Positions 35,788-45,811 are shown, numbered from the stretch's first letter. The stretch is DNA of 57,378 bases from Proteobacteria bacterium UBA6156 (GCA_002422365.1 DIUO01000031.1:100187-157564), one strand, 5' to 3'. The notes: generated from the letters alone by a model not told the origin. Made by a program: numbers and translations.

Positions 35788-37116
35788 GTGATGGTGGCCG
35801 CCGTTTTCGTGGATGTGGTGGAGGGCGACTTTAAGGCGGCGGAGGCATTCGTTTTGGCCCAGGGCGCCCATGATGCGGGACATATCTGGCCCGCCAAGTT
35901 GGGCGGTGAGGGCCACGCGCAGCGGGCGGCCCACGGTTTTGAAGCTGCCGCCGTGGTGCTGCACCTGGTTGGCGATGACCTCGTGCAGGATGTCGCCATT
36001 CCACTCGGTGACCGCGCTGAAGGTGTCGTAGAGCTCGTGCAGCAGGTGGTGGGCTTCTATCAGGATTTGGGTGTGTTCCGGCGTGTAGGTGGTGGTTGGG
36101 TCGGCGAGGAGGTAGCTGGCGGCGGTGGCGACCTCTGGCAGGGTTTGGGCGCGGGTGGTGAGGTCGGCCCAGAGGAGTTCCAGCTTTTTGAGGTCGGCGG
36201 GGTGGGTGTTCGTGCCTTCCGGCAGGAAGGGCATGAGGTGGGGCTTGACCTCGGCAAAGGGCAGGGCCTTGAGGTATTGGGCGTTGAACCAGTTGAGTTT
36301 GGCGGTGTCGAACCGGGCGGCGCCCTTGCTGACGTGGGAGATGTCGAACTTGCTGACGGCGTCGTCGCGGGTGAAGATTTCTTGCTCGGCAAAGCCCCAG
36401 CCCATGCGCAGCAGCACGTTGAAAATGGCTTGGGGGAGGTAGCCTGCGTCGCGGAGGTCTTGCACGCTGGCGGCACCGTGGCGTTTGGAGAGTTTTTCGC
36501 CGGATTCGGAGAGTATCAGCGGCAAGTGGCCAAACTGGGGCACGGCGGCACCCAGTGCGCGGTAGAGCAGGATTTGCTTGGGCGTGTTGTTGATGTGGTC
36601 GTCTCCGCGAATGATGTGGGTGACGCCTTGGGTGATGTCGTCGCAGACCACGCTGAGGTGGTAGGTGGGGGTGCCGTCGGAGCGGAGGAGCGCGAAGGGC
36701 TCGATTTGTTTGCTTTCTATGGTGATGTCGCCCTGAACGAGGTCGGCCCAGTGGACGGGGCCTTCGGGTACTTTGAAACGGATGACGCCGTCGCTGTCGG
36801 TAAAGGCGTGGCCGCTGGTGACGAGCTGATGGGCGATGGTTTTGTGATTTTCCAGCTGCGTGGACTGGATGAGGGGCTCGCGGTCGGAAGTGAGGCCGAG
36901 CCAGTCCATGGCTTCGAAGATGAAGGTGGTGTTTTCCGGCGTGGAGCGTTCGGCGTCGGTGTCTTCTATGCGGAGCAGGAATTGCCCGCCGGTGTGCTTG
37001 GCGTAAAGCCAGTTAAACAGTGCCGTGCGGGCACTGCCGATGTGCATTTTGCCGGTGGGCGATGGCGCGAATCTGACCACTGGCGCTGCGGTGGGCTGGG
37101 GCGTGGTGACTGACAT
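35785..37116 (-). CDS. gltX: Glutamyl-tRNA synthetase
   Basis: VVRFAPSPTGKMHIGSARTALFNWLYAK (HIGH region), LLRIEDTDAERS and KLSKRHG (KMSKS region). Confidence 0.95.
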   Translation of the reverse strand: MSVTTPQPTAAPVVRFAPSPTGKMHIGSARTALFNWLYAKHTGGQFLLRIEDTDAERSTPENTTFIFEAMDWLGLTSDREPLIQSTQLENHKTIAHQLVTSGHAFTDSDGVIRFKVPEGPVHWADLVQGDITIESKQIEPFALLRSDGTPTYHLSVVCDDITQGVTHIIRGDDHINNTPKQILLYRALGAAVPQFGHLPLILSESGEKLSKRHGAASVQDLRDAGYLPQAIFNVLLRMGWGFAEQEIFTRDDAVSKFDISHVSKGAARFDTAKLNWFNAQYLKALPFAEVKPHLMPFLPEGTNTHPADLKKLELLWADLTTRAQTLPEVATAASYLLADPTTTYTPEHTQILIEAHHLLHELYDTFSAVTEWNGDILHEVIANQVQHHGGSFKTVGRPLRVALTAQLGGPDMSRIMGALGQNECLRRLKVALHHIHENGGHHH

Positions 37117-37144
37117 GGCGAACCTCTTGTATTAGCTTAACGGC

Positions 37145-39055
37145 ATGCAACCTAAACAGTTCCGGGCCGAGATGCAAGCGTGGCAGCGTGCGTTGGCGCC
37201 CCATGCCGTGCCGCTGTGTGCCGCTGCCGGGGCGATGGCGGGGGCGGGGCTTTATTTTGCCCTGCCGCAGGAGCCCGCCGCCTGGTGGGGCGGCTTGGTG
37301 GTGCTGCTGGGGCTGGGTGTGGCCGTGGCAGCGCGCACAAGGTGGCAATGGGCGCTGGCTGTGGCGCTGATTGTGGCCGCCGCAGGCTTTGTGCTGGGGC
37401 AAGTGCAGGTGAGGTTGGCGAAGCCTATCGATTACGCCGCCGCCCAAAAACCCCATTGGCTGGTGGGCACGGTAGATGAGGTGGCAGTGAAGCCCGACAA
37501 CCCCAAGCGGGCGGTAGTGCGCCTGAGGGATGTGGAGCTTTATGGGTTAGGGGTGACTGAGGTGGCGCGGGCGAGTGTGGGGGTGTTTAGTAGCCAGGTG
37601 CGCGATGTGGAGGTGGGGCAGGGGTTGGCGATACAGGCGGTGCTGCTGCCCCCCGAGCCGCCGAAGGTGGAAGGCCAGCGGGATGGAAGAATTTGGCGCT
37701 TTTGGGATGATGCGCGCGTGAGCGGATATGCCAAAGGGGCGGTGGAAGTGACGGAACGAAGCCCTGAACAAGGGGTGTATGAACAAGGGTGGGCATGGCT
37801 GGAAGGCTTGCGCGACACGCTGAATGCACGAACGCACCACCTGGCCGGTGGCACCGTGACCGCCCTGCTGACCGGCGAAGAACGGTGGGTGGAGCCTGCG
37901 ATACGCGATGCGTATCGGGATACGGGGTTGAGCCATTTGCTGGCGATATCTGGCATGCAATTGACGCTGGTGGGCTTGGGGATATTTGGGGTGGTGGTGT
38001 GGGTGCTGGGGTGGGTGCCCGACCTTGCACTGCGCGTGAACATAAGGCTGATTGCCGCGCTGGCGGCGATGGTGGGTGTGGTGTTTTATACGTTTTTGGC
38101 AGGGGCGAGCATTAGCCTGGTGCGCGCCATGGTGATGAGCCTGCTGGTGATGCTGGCGATTGTGGCAGGGCGCACTAGCAGCGGCCTGCGCGCCTGGTGT
38201 GTGGCGGTGGTGGTGATTTGTTTAGTGCACCCGGTGATGGTGCTGCGGGCGGGGTTTCAGTTAAGTGCGGCGGCGGTGCTGGGGTTGCTGTTGCTGGCCA
38301 TGAAGCGCCGGGAAGCCGGAGATTTTGAGATAAAAGGTGCGCAGTGGGTAAAGCAACTGGCGCTGGCCACGGTGGTGGCCGGGGCGATGACGGCGCCGGT
38401 GGTGGTGATGCAATTTGGGCAATTTAGTATGGTGGGTTTGCTGGGCAACCTGGTGGCGGTGCCGCTGATGACCCTGGCGACCTATGCCGGGATGCTGGCG
38501 CTGGCGCTGTGGCCGCTGGGGCTGGAGCATGTGCCGTTGGTGGTGATGACGGAGGTTGTGGGGGTGGTAAATACCTGGGCGGCGTGGCTGGCGGGGTGGG
38601 AGCATGCGCGGCTGGATATACCCCGCGCCCTGGGGTGGGTGCTGGTGCCCTGCGCCGCCGCCGTGGTGGGCGCCGTGTTGCTGGGCCGCTGGCGGTGGGT
38701 GGGGGCGAGTGTGGCGGTGATGTCTTTAATAGCTTTTGGATTGGCCGAGCTGCGGCCCCAGCCGGAGGTGTGGGTGTGGGACGGCGGCAAAGTGGGGCTG
38801 GTGCGCCATGGCGAGGACTATAGGATTGCCTGGGCGGAAAGTGGGGTGGAGGATGTGCAGTGGATGGCACGCAACGCCAGTGTGGACGTGCAGATTGACG
38901 GCCCGGTAAGCCGGGTGGTGGATGAACGCCTGATGCCGGTGGTGGGCACCGAAGACTTTGCCTGGGCGCGGAAAACTGCTGGCCGCTGGCATGTGCAGCC
39001 TGTAGCATGCGGCAGGCCGTGGCACCTGCTTGCCGAGGCGTGTTTTGAGAAGTGA
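37145..39055 (+). CDS. comEC: ComEC/Rec2-family competence membrane protein
   Basis: Polytopic. It shows RDAYRDTGLSHLLAISGMQLTLVG and VVFYTFLAGASISLVRAMVMS, typical of the ComEC core domain. Confidence 0.8.
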   Translation: MQPKQFRAEMQAWQRALAPHAVPLCAAAGAMAGAGLYFALPQEPAAWWGGLVVLLGLGVAVAARTRWQWALAVALIVAAAGFVLGQVQVRLAKPIDYAAAQKPHWLVGTVDEVAVKPDNPKRAVVRLRDVELYGLGVTEVARASVGVFSSQVRDVEVGQGLAIQAVLLPPEPPKVEGQRDGRIWRFWDDARVSGYAKGAVEVTERSPEQGVYEQGWAWLEGLRDTLNARTHHLAGGTVTALLTGEERWVEPAIRDAYRDTGLSHLLAISGMQLTLVGLGIFGVVVWVLGWVPDLALRVNIRLIAALAAMVGVVFYTFLAGASISLVRAMVMSLLVMLAIVAGRTSSGLRAWCVAVVVICLVHPVMVLRAGFQLSAAAVLGLLLLAMKRREAGDFEIKGAQWVKQLALATVVAGAMTAPVVVMQFGQFSMVGLLGNLVAVPLMTLATYAGMLALALWPLGLEHVPLVVMTEVVGVVNTWAAWLAGWEHARLDIPRALGWVLVPCAAAVVGAVLLGRWRWVGASVAVMSLIAFGLAELRPQPEVWVWDGGKVGLVRHGEDYRIAWAESGVEDVQWMARNASVDVQIDGPVSRVVDERLMPVVGTEDFAWARKTAGRWHVQPVACGRPWHLLAEACFEK

Positions 39056-39065
39056 GGAGTGTTGT

Positions 39066-39740
39066 ATGGGGTTGATGGTTGCGCCTTCGGTTTTAGCCGT
39101 ATGGGACAAAAGTGGCGGCGATGTGAATGAAGTGGTGCGCATGGCCCGGATGGCGCGGGGGGCGGGGGCGGATTGGATTCATGTTGACGTGATGGACGGG
39201 CGCTTTGTGCCTGCCAAAACCTTTGGGCCGGAAATGGTGCAAGCGCTGCGCCATGTGGGCCCGCTGGATGTTCACCTTATGGTGGAGCGGCCGGAGGATG
39301 TGGTGGCGCGGTATGTGGAGGCGGGTGCGGATCGGGTGGTTTTCCACCCCCGCGCGAGCGACGATGTGGGGGGCACCTTGCGCAAAATTGCTGCGATGGG
39401 CGCTGTGGCAGGGTTAGCGCTGGATGTGGATGAAGACGTGAGCTGGCTGGAGCCCTGGGTGGAAGACCCCGAGCAAATGCTGGTGCAACAGGTGTTGGTG
39501 ATGACCGTGAAGGCTGGGGCGGGGGGGCAGGGCTTCCGGGAGGATATGCTGGCGAAAATCAACCATGTGCGGCGGCTGGTGGGGCCGCGTGTGGCCGTGG
39601 TGGCCGATGGTGGCGTTACGCCCGAGCACGCTGCCAAGTGCCAGGTGGCGGGGGCGAGTTGTGTGGTGGCGGGGAGTGCGGTATTTAACGCACCGGATGT
39701 GGCGGCGGCGATTGCGGCGCTGCGCTGTGATGGTGCATAA
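39066..39740 (+). CDS. rpe: Ribulose-phosphate 3-epimerase
   Basis: ATG 39066 follows GAGGAG. The product shows APSVLA ... ADWIHVDVMDGRFVP ... DVHLMV ... GGQGF ... VADGGV. The ORF-track start at 39030 is rejected. Confidence 0.85.
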   Translation: MGLMVAPSVLAVWDKSGGDVNEVVRMARMARGAGADWIHVDVMDGRFVPAKTFGPEMVQALRHVGPLDVHLMVERPEDVVARYVEAGADRVVFHPRASDDVGGTLRKIAAMGAVAGLALDVDEDVSWLEPWVEDPEQMLVQQVLVMTVKAGAGGQGFREDMLAKINHVRRLVGPRVAVVADGGVTPEHAAKCQVAGASCVVAGSAVFNAPDVAAAIAALRCDGA

Positions 39741-39830
39741 TTATAGGGCAGTTTTGATTTATGTTACGTTATTTTATTTGACAGGAATGATTTTTGTTTT
39801 TAAATTCTAACTAAGAGAAGGTTATTGATA

Positions 39831-41021
39831 ATGAGCAAGGTTTGCGTTGTTGGGTTGGGGTATATGGGGTTGCCGATGGCGGCGATTTTGGCCCGTGCCG
39901 GGCATGATGTGGTGGGTGTGGACATTAACCCCAAGGTGGTGGAGCGCGTAAACCAAGGTGTGTGCCCCTTTAGCGAACCCGGAATGCCGGAACTGATTGC
40001 GGAAGCGCACAAAAGTGGGCGGTTGAAGGCTGTTGCTGTGCCGGAGGCAGCGGAGATTTATGTGCTGAGCCTGCCAACCCCCGTTGACCACACTACGCAT
40101 GAGGCGGACATGAGCTATGTGGTGGCCGGGGCGCGCAGCCTGGCGCCCGTGCTGCAAGGGGGCGAGTTGGTGGTGCTGGAAAGCACAAGCCCGATTGGGG
40201 CTACCCGCCGCGATGTGAAAGACGTGATTGAAAAGTTGCGGCCGGAGCTGGCGGGGAAGGTGGAGTATGTGTTCTGCCCCGAGCGGGCCATACCCGGTAA
40301 CACCTTGAAGGAAATGGTGGAGAATGATCGCTTGGTGGGAGGGCTGACGCCCGAAGCCACGGCGCGGGGTAAGGCGCTGTATGCCAGCTTTTGCAAGGGG
40401 GCGCTGCTGGAGGCCAGTGCGGAGGAGGCGGAGATGGTCAAGCTGGTGGAAAATGCCAGCCGCGACGTGCAACTGGCCTTTTGCAACGAATTGCACATGG
40501 TGTGCGACCGGTTGGGGTTGGACTTTTTTAAGGTGGTGGATTTGGCGAATCATCATCCGCGCGTGAATATTTTTAAGCCGAATTCGGCGGGAGTGGGAGG
40601 GCACTGTATTGCGGTTGACCCCTGGTTTATTATTAATGCCGTGGCGGGTTATGCGCCGCTGATGCGCGCTGCGCGGGGTGTTAATGATGCCAAGCCCGGT
40701 TGGGTGTTGGAGAAAGTGCAAGCCGTAGCCAAACCCGGTGCCGTGGTGGCGTGTTTGGGCCTTGCCTATAAGCCTGATGTGGATGATTTGCGCGAAAGCC
40801 CGGGTGTGGAGGTTGCGCGTGAACTTGTGAAACAGGGGTATGATGTGCGGGTGGTTGAGCCGCATTTGGATGAGTGGGAGATCCCGCTTGTTGGCTTGGA
40901 AGCTGCTGTGGGCGCGGCAGATGTGGTGGTGACGTTGACCGGGCACAGTGCTTTTAAGGGCTTGGACCGTAGCTTGCTGAAGGGTAAGGCGGTTGTGGAT
41001 GCGGTGGGGTTGTGGCGGTAG
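39831..41021 (+). CDS. Nucleotide-sugar dehydrogenase (WecC/Cap5O-like UDP-N-acetyl-D-mannosamine dehydrogenase family)
   Basis: N-terminal Rossmann motif MSKVCVVGLGYMGLPMAAILA, AEMVKLVENASRDVQLAFCNE, and catalytic Cys context GVGGHCIAVDP. Confidence 0.8.
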   Translation: MSKVCVVGLGYMGLPMAAILARAGHDVVGVDINPKVVERVNQGVCPFSEPGMPELIAEAHKSGRLKAVAVPEAAEIYVLSLPTPVDHTTHEADMSYVVAGARSLAPVLQGGELVVLESTSPIGATRRDVKDVIEKLRPELAGKVEYVFCPERAIPGNTLKEMVENDRLVGGLTPEATARGKALYASFCKGALLEASAEEAEMVKLVENASRDVQLAFCNELHMVCDRLGLDFFKVVDLANHHPRVNIFKPNSAGVGGHCIAVDPWFIINAVAGYAPLMRAARGVNDAKPGWVLEKVQAVAKPGAVVACLGLAYKPDVDDLRESPGVEVARELVKQGYDVRVVEPHLDEWEIPLVGLEAAVGAADVVVTLTGHSAFKGLDRSLLKGKAVVDAVGLWR

Positions 41022-41197
41022 GAGGGTTTCATAGTTTCACGGCCTGATTATAATTTAAGCAGTGTGAAAATGTGGAACATGAACCGGACGCTGCTTTATG
41101 CAGCGCTGCCGTGCCTGGCGCAGTGGCGGGTTGGGGGTGGGTGCGGTATGAGTAGGGTAATGGAATTCTGAACGCAATAAGGAGCTTTACCAGCGAG

Positions 41198-43339
41198 ATG
41201 AAACAGGTTGTACAGAATTTGCGGAGCGGCAAAGTGGAATTGCGGGAGGTTCCGCAGCCGAGCGTGGGCAAAAACGAGGTGCTGGTGCGCACGCAGGCCA
41301 GTTTGATTAGTGCCGGCACCGAGCGGATGATGATGGACTTTGCGGGTAAGAGTTTGGTGGGGAAGGCGAAGGATCGGCCTGACCTGGCAAGCAAGGTGAT
41401 TAACAAAATGCAGCGCGATGGCGTGGTGGACACGTTAAGCAGCGTGTTTGCGCGTTTGGATGAACCGATGCCGCTGGGTTATAGCGCGGCGGGCGAAGTG
41501 ATTGCGGTAGGCACCGGTGTTGCCCATGAATTTACGGTAGGAGACCGGGTGGCTGTGGCCGGTGCGGGCCAAGCCAACCACGCCGAGGTGAATGCGGTGC
41601 CGCGTAACTTGTGCGTGAAGCTGCCCGAGGGCGTGGACTATGCGCAGGGGTGCTATGCCACGCTGGGTGCGATTGCCCTGCATGGTGTGCGCAATGCGGG
41701 AGTGGCGCTGGGTGACCGGGTTTTGGTAGTTGGTTTAGGGTTGGTAGGCCAATTGGTGAGCCAGTTGTGTGTGGCGGCAGGTGCGCGTGTGGCGGGAGTA
41801 GACCACAACCTGGAGCGCTGCATGCTGGCGCGGCAGGGTGGTGCCCATTGGGCGGTGGGGCCGCAAGGGCTGGCGGAAGGTTGGCGCACGTTTACGGATG
41901 GGCGCGGGTTTGATGCGATTTTGATATGCGCCGCCACCGACAGCGACGGGCCGATTGAACAGGCCGCCGAGTGGGCGCGTGACCGGGCGACGGTGATTTT
42001 GGTGGGGAAGGTGGGGACGCGGTTCCCCTATGCAACCTATATGAAAAAAGAGCTGACGGTGCGCGTGAGCCGGAGCTACGGGCCGGGCCGTTATGACCCG
42101 GCTTTTGAGGCGCAGGGGTTGAGTTATCCGATAGGTTTTGTGCCCTGGACAGAGCGTGAAAACCTGGGCGAGGTGGTGCGTTTGATTGGGAACGGGCGCC
42201 TTGATGTGAAGATGTTGACGACGCATACGTTTGGGCTGGAGGAGTCTCTCAAGGGTTATGAGATGATTGCCAAGGGCGTGCCTTGTTTGGGGGTGGTGTT
42301 ACGGTATGGGGATGGCAAGGCCCAGGGGAGCAAACCTGCCCAGGCCGTAGGTGAAGCAAAGGTGGCGAAGACTGAGGGGAAGGTGGGGATTTCTCTGTTA
42401 GGGGTGGGGGGATTTGCACGGAGCGTGATTTTACCGGCTTTGGGTAAGCTGCGCGGTGTGGAATTGCGTGGTGTGGTGAGCAAGGGTGGCCTGAGCAGCG
42501 CCCATGTGACCACCAAATATGATGCGGCGTGGGCGGGCACCGATGCCGACACCGTGCTGCGCGATGGGGGCACGGATGCGGTGATGATTATGACCCGCCA
42601 CAACCTGCATGCCCAGCAAGCGCTGGATGTGCTAAAAGCCGGGAAGCATGTGTGGGTGGAAAAACCGCTGGCGCTGACGCTGGCTGAGCTTGCGAAGATT
42701 GAGAAGGCTGCCGCCGGGGCCGGGCGGGCGGTGATGGTGGGGTTCAACCGCCGCTACAGTCCGGCGCTGCTGCCGCTGAAAGCCAAGCTGGATGCGGTGA
42801 GCGGGCCCAAGCAAGTGCTGGTGCGCATTAATGCTGGTCGGCTGGAGGAGGGCGGTTGGCAACAAAGCGATGAGGGCGGGGGCCGGTTGTTGGGGGAAGT
42901 GTGCCACTTTACCGATGTGTGCCTGTGGATGGTGGGAGCCAAGTTGACCGATGTGCATGCCGTGCAGGGGGCCGGGCAGGATGATTATGTGATTACGCTG
43001 CGGTTTGATGACGGCAGTGTGGCGACGGTGTTTTATTCCAGCGAGGGTGACCCGAGCCAGGCGAAGGAGCGCGTGGAAGTGTTTGGCGGCGGGGGAATAG
43101 GTGTGATGGATAATTATATGAGCACCACCTGGAGCGTGAAAGGGCGCAAGCGCAGCCTTTATAAGAAGCCGATGATGACCGGCCAGCAAAAGGGCCATGC
43201 GCCGGCGCTGGCGGCATGGGTGAGGGCGTGCCGGGGCGAGCTGGGGGTGATACCTACTGTGCAGGAATTGTGTTTGAGTTCTCGGGTTACGTTTTGGGCG
43301 GCGGAGAGTATTCAAACCGGCCACACTGTGCGCCTGTAA
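41198..43339 (+). CDS. Bi-domain oxidoreductase: N-terminal MDR/zinc-type alcohol dehydrogenase plus C-terminal Gfo/Idh/MocA
   Basis: The N-terminal half reads VLVRTQASLISAGTE ... GYSAAGEV ... VLVVGLGLVGQL. The C-terminal half reads ISLLGVGGFARSVILPAL ... AVMIMTRHNLHAQQALDVLKAGKHVWVEKP. Confidence 0.8.
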   Translation: MKQVVQNLRSGKVELREVPQPSVGKNEVLVRTQASLISAGTERMMMDFAGKSLVGKAKDRPDLASKVINKMQRDGVVDTLSSVFARLDEPMPLGYSAAGEVIAVGTGVAHEFTVGDRVAVAGAGQANHAEVNAVPRNLCVKLPEGVDYAQGCYATLGAIALHGVRNAGVALGDRVLVVGLGLVGQLVSQLCVAAGARVAGVDHNLERCMLARQGGAHWAVGPQGLAEGWRTFTDGRGFDAILICAATDSDGPIEQAAEWARDRATVILVGKVGTRFPYATYMKKELTVRVSRSYGPGRYDPAFEAQGLSYPIGFVPWTERENLGEVVRLIGNGRLDVKMLTTHTFGLEESLKGYEMIAKGVPCLGVVLRYGDGKAQGSKPAQAVGEAKVAKTEGKVGISLLGVGGFARSVILPALGKLRGVELRGVVSKGGLSSAHVTTKYDAAWAGTDADTVLRDGGTDAVMIMTRHNLHAQQALDVLKAGKHVWVEKPLALTLAELAKIEKAAAGAGRAVMVGFNRRYSPALLPLKAKLDAVSGPKQVLVRINAGRLEEGGWQQSDEGGGRLLGEVCHFTDVCLWMVGAKLTDVHAVQGAGQDDYVITLRFDDGSVATVFYSSEGDPSQAKERVEVFGGGGIGVMDNYMSTTWSVKGRKRSLYKKPMMTGQQKGHAPALAAWVRACRGELGVIPTVQELCLSSRVTFWAAESIQTGHTVRL

Positions 43340-43355
43340 ACGCAAATGGGCTTTG

Positions 43356-43381
43356 CGCGGCCCCTTTGCGGGCCGCGTTTT
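43356..43381 (+). terminator. Rho-independent terminator
   Basis: CGCGGCCC-CTTTGC-GGGCCGCG followed by TTTT, 17 nt after the stop at 43339. Confidence 0.6.
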
Positions 43382-43439
43382 GTAAGGTAGGCTGGGTTAT
43401 ATTTAGTTTGAGATGCAACAGAAGAAAGTACTCCCCCTT

Positions 43440-43565
43440 ATGAAAACGATGGTTATGGCTTTGGTTTTGGTGGCTGTGGCGGCGGGTTTGGCAGCCTGCG
43501 AGACGGTGAAAGGCGCCGGGCGCGATGTAACTCACAGCGCCGAGACAGTTCAGGGCTGGTTTTAA
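43440..43565 (+). CDS. Entericidin (EcnA/EcnB)-family small lipoprotein, 41 aa
   Basis: It is not in the ORF track because it is shorter than 60 aa. ATG 43440 gives MKTMVMALVLVAVAAGLAACETVKGAGRDVTHSAETVQGWF, with the lipobox LAAC followed by the Gly-rich amphipathic entericidin pattern (G-x-G-x-D). Confidence 0.65.
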   Translation: MKTMVMALVLVAVAAGLAACETVKGAGRDVTHSAETVQGWF

Positions 43566-43590
43566 GGTTTAGGGCAGGGGGGAAGGGCGC

Positions 43591-45495
43591 GTGTGCGGCA
43601 TTGCAGGGTATTTGGGGGCCAAGTTTGAGCCTGCCCTGTTGCAGGACATGCTGTGCCGCCTTGCCCACCGTGGCCCGGATGGGGAAGGGGAGTGGCACGA
43701 TGCGGACGCCGGGGTGGGGCTGGGCCAGCGGCGGCTGAGTATTATTGACCTGAGCACGGCGGCGAGCCAGCCGATGCATGCGGTGGGGGGGCGATATACG
43801 ATCACATTTAATGGAGAGATCTATAACTTCAAGGAGATTGTCAGGGAACTTAAAGCTAAAGGTTATAAGTTTAATGAGAACAGTGACACGGCGGTGCTGT
43901 GCCCGCTGTATGACCTTTATGGCGCCCGGATGTTGGACAAGCTGGAAGGCATGTTTGCCTTTGCGATTTGGGATGCCGAGGCGCGGGAGCTGTTTGTGGC
44001 CCGCGACCATGCGGGCATAAAGCCGCTGTATTATGCCGAAACGGCCGGTGGGGTGGTTTTTGCCAGCGAGCTGAAAAGCCTGCTGGGGGTGAAAGGCTTG
44101 CGCAAAGGCATTGATGGCACGGCGCTGGCTGAATATGCGACCTATTTGTGGACGCCGGGCGAGCGCACGCTGTTGCAGGGTGTGAAAAAGCTGCGCCCCG
44201 GGCACTTTATGCGCAGCAAGCTGGTGGGGAAAAAAGTGAATGTGGAGCACGCGCGCTGGTATGTGCCGCCGCAAGCGCCGCTGGTGGATGGCAAACCCCG
44301 CTATGACCGCCGCAAAACCCCGGCCCAGCTGCTGCACCTGCTGGACGATGTGGTGAATGAGCAGTGCGTGGCGGATGTTCCGCTGGGGGCCTTTTTGAGC
44401 GGTGGCGTGGACAGCAGCGCGATTGTGGCCAGCATGTGTGCCACCGGGCACAAGCCGGAGCAGACCTATTGCATTGCGTTTGAAGGGGCAGGCATGGCCA
44501 GCGAAGGGTTTGGTGAAGATATTGATTTTGCGAAGATAGTCGCCAAGCGTTACAATGTGAATTTGCAGGAAGTGCGGGTGGATGCCCATGGAATTTTAGC
44601 CCGCCTGCCGGGCCTGGCCCCCCTGCTGGATGAGCCCCAGGCCGACCCGGCGCCCCTGTTTGTGCAGGATATTTGTGCGCGGGCGCGCCACGACGGCATT
44701 AAGGTGCTGATGAGTGGCACCGGGGGAGATGATGTGTTTACGGGGTACAGGCGCCACCTGACTGCGCGGATGCGGCAGAAACTGGGGTTTTTGAGGGCTC
44801 CGGCAGGACATGCGGCCGGGGTGGCGGCGCAATTTTTAGATGGGGCGCGGAAGCGGCGTGCGGAGCGGCTTTCTGGCTTGTTGCTGGCCGATGAGCATGC
44901 GTTTTTGCGGTTGGCGTTTTCCACCAACAGTCAGCCGGATGCGTGGCGGTTGTTGAAGGGGGAATACAGGGCCCAAGTTGAGCAGGACTGGTTTAATGAC
45001 CTGGACGTGGCGATTGCCGAGAGCGAGGGGCAAGATTTGGTGAACCGGGTGCTTTATGCGGAGTTGTTCGGGTTTTTGCCCGACCACAATTTGAATTACA
45101 GTGACAAGGCGAGCATGGCCAGCGGTGTGGAGGTGCGTGTGCCGCTGATTGACCGGCGGCTGATGGCTTTTATGGCCGATGTGAACCCGGCGGTGAAGCT
45201 GAACGGGACGCGGTTGAAGGCGTTTTTTAAGGACAGCCTGGCCACCCGTCTGAGCCCGGATGTGCTGGACCGCAGCAAGAGTGGCTTTGGTGCCCCGGTG
45301 CGCGGGTGGCTGACCGGCGAAGGGCGTGGGCTGGTGGAAGGGGCGTTATTTGATGGCGGCATTGCGGAAGAATGGTTTGATATACCTGCCGTGCAGACCT
45401 TTTGGGCGCAGACGCGGGCAGGCCGTGTGGATGGCGCCTACACCATGCTGGCGCTGTGCATGGCGGTGTGGTGGTATGAAGGGATGATGCGTTAG
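43591..45495 (+). CDS. asnB: Asparagine synthase (glutamine-hydrolysing) family protein, polysaccharide-cluster type
   Basis: GTG start giving MCGIAGY (N-terminal nucleophile Cys), RGPDGEG, the SGGVDSS PP-loop, and an AsnB C-terminal domain. Confidence 0.85.
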   Translation: MCGIAGYLGAKFEPALLQDMLCRLAHRGPDGEGEWHDADAGVGLGQRRLSIIDLSTAASQPMHAVGGRYTITFNGEIYNFKEIVRELKAKGYKFNENSDTAVLCPLYDLYGARMLDKLEGMFAFAIWDAEARELFVARDHAGIKPLYYAETAGGVVFASELKSLLGVKGLRKGIDGTALAEYATYLWTPGERTLLQGVKKLRPGHFMRSKLVGKKVNVEHARWYVPPQAPLVDGKPRYDRRKTPAQLLHLLDDVVNEQCVADVPLGAFLSGGVDSSAIVASMCATGHKPEQTYCIAFEGAGMASEGFGEDIDFAKIVAKRYNVNLQEVRVDAHGILARLPGLAPLLDEPQADPAPLFVQDICARARHDGIKVLMSGTGGDDVFTGYRRHLTARMRQKLGFLRAPAGHAAGVAAQFLDGARKRRAERLSGLLLADEHAFLRLAFSTNSQPDAWRLLKGEYRAQVEQDWFNDLDVAIAESEGQDLVNRVLYAELFGFLPDHNLNYSDKASMASGVEVRVPLIDRRLMAFMADVNPAVKLNGTRLKAFFKDSLATRLSPDVLDRSKSGFGAPVRGWLTGEGRGLVEGALFDGGIAEEWFDIPAVQTFWAQTRAGRVDGAYTMLALCMAVWWYEGMMR

Positions 45496-45613
45496 CATGG
45501 GCCCGGGGGATATTGCGCAGCCGTTTGTGGAGGTGGGGGTGTGGTTTGTGAAAAGTGTGGTGACGGTTTTGCAGTATGCGGTGGCGGGGTGGATTGGGAG
45601 GATTTAGGGATTT

Positions 45614-45808
45614 TTAATCAATTTTGTGATTAATTCCGGCTTGTTTAAGAATAGCGTTTGCCGTGTGGCGGCTTTTAACTGGCTTTGGCACTATTACTGT
45701 AAAGCCGAGGGGGCTTACCCATTTCTCATGGCTGCCCACGCAGGACTTATAAGTAAATCCGGCCTCCTTAAGAAGCCGGATGACGTCATGATAATAGCCC
45801 GTGACCAT
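45614..45808 (-). CDS. hicA: HicA-family mRNA interferase toxin
   Basis: 64 aa reading VIRLLKEAGFTYKSCVGSHEKWVSP ... PKPVKSRHTANAILKQAG, the HicA dsRBD-like pattern with the catalytic His. Confidence 0.8.
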   Translation of the reverse strand: MVTGYYHDVIRLLKEAGFTYKSCVGSHEKWVSPLGFTVIVPKPVKSRHTANAILKQAGINHKID

Positions 45809-45811
45809 AGG

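Noticed and set aside
35788-37113. A 441-aa ORF runs antisense across the whole of gltX. Similar gene-length antisense ORFs occur at 39822-40946 (nucleotide-sugar dehydrogenase gene), 43453-44589 (asnB), 48554-49645, 53388-54485 (carboxypeptidase gene), 26366-27382 (copA ATPase), 15659-16264 and 16856-17716 (czcA). It is tempting to read the gltX case as a sense/antisense aminoacyl-tRNA synthetase gene pair.
   Set aside because: The phenomenon occurs opposite almost every GC-rich gene in the window. The translations are Gly/Val/Ala/Arg/His/Pro low-complexity with no recognisable motifs, and the sense-strand products are unambiguous conserved proteins. It is best explained by GC3-biased codon usage depleting stop codons on the opposite strand.
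41029-41433. A 134-aa minus-strand ORF spans the intergenic region and the 5' end of the bi-domain oxidoreductase gene.
   Set aside because: It overlaps a well-supported plus-strand gene start that has an AAGGAG RBS, shows no recognisable motifs and has a Ser/Thr/Leu/Arg-rich antisense-type composition.
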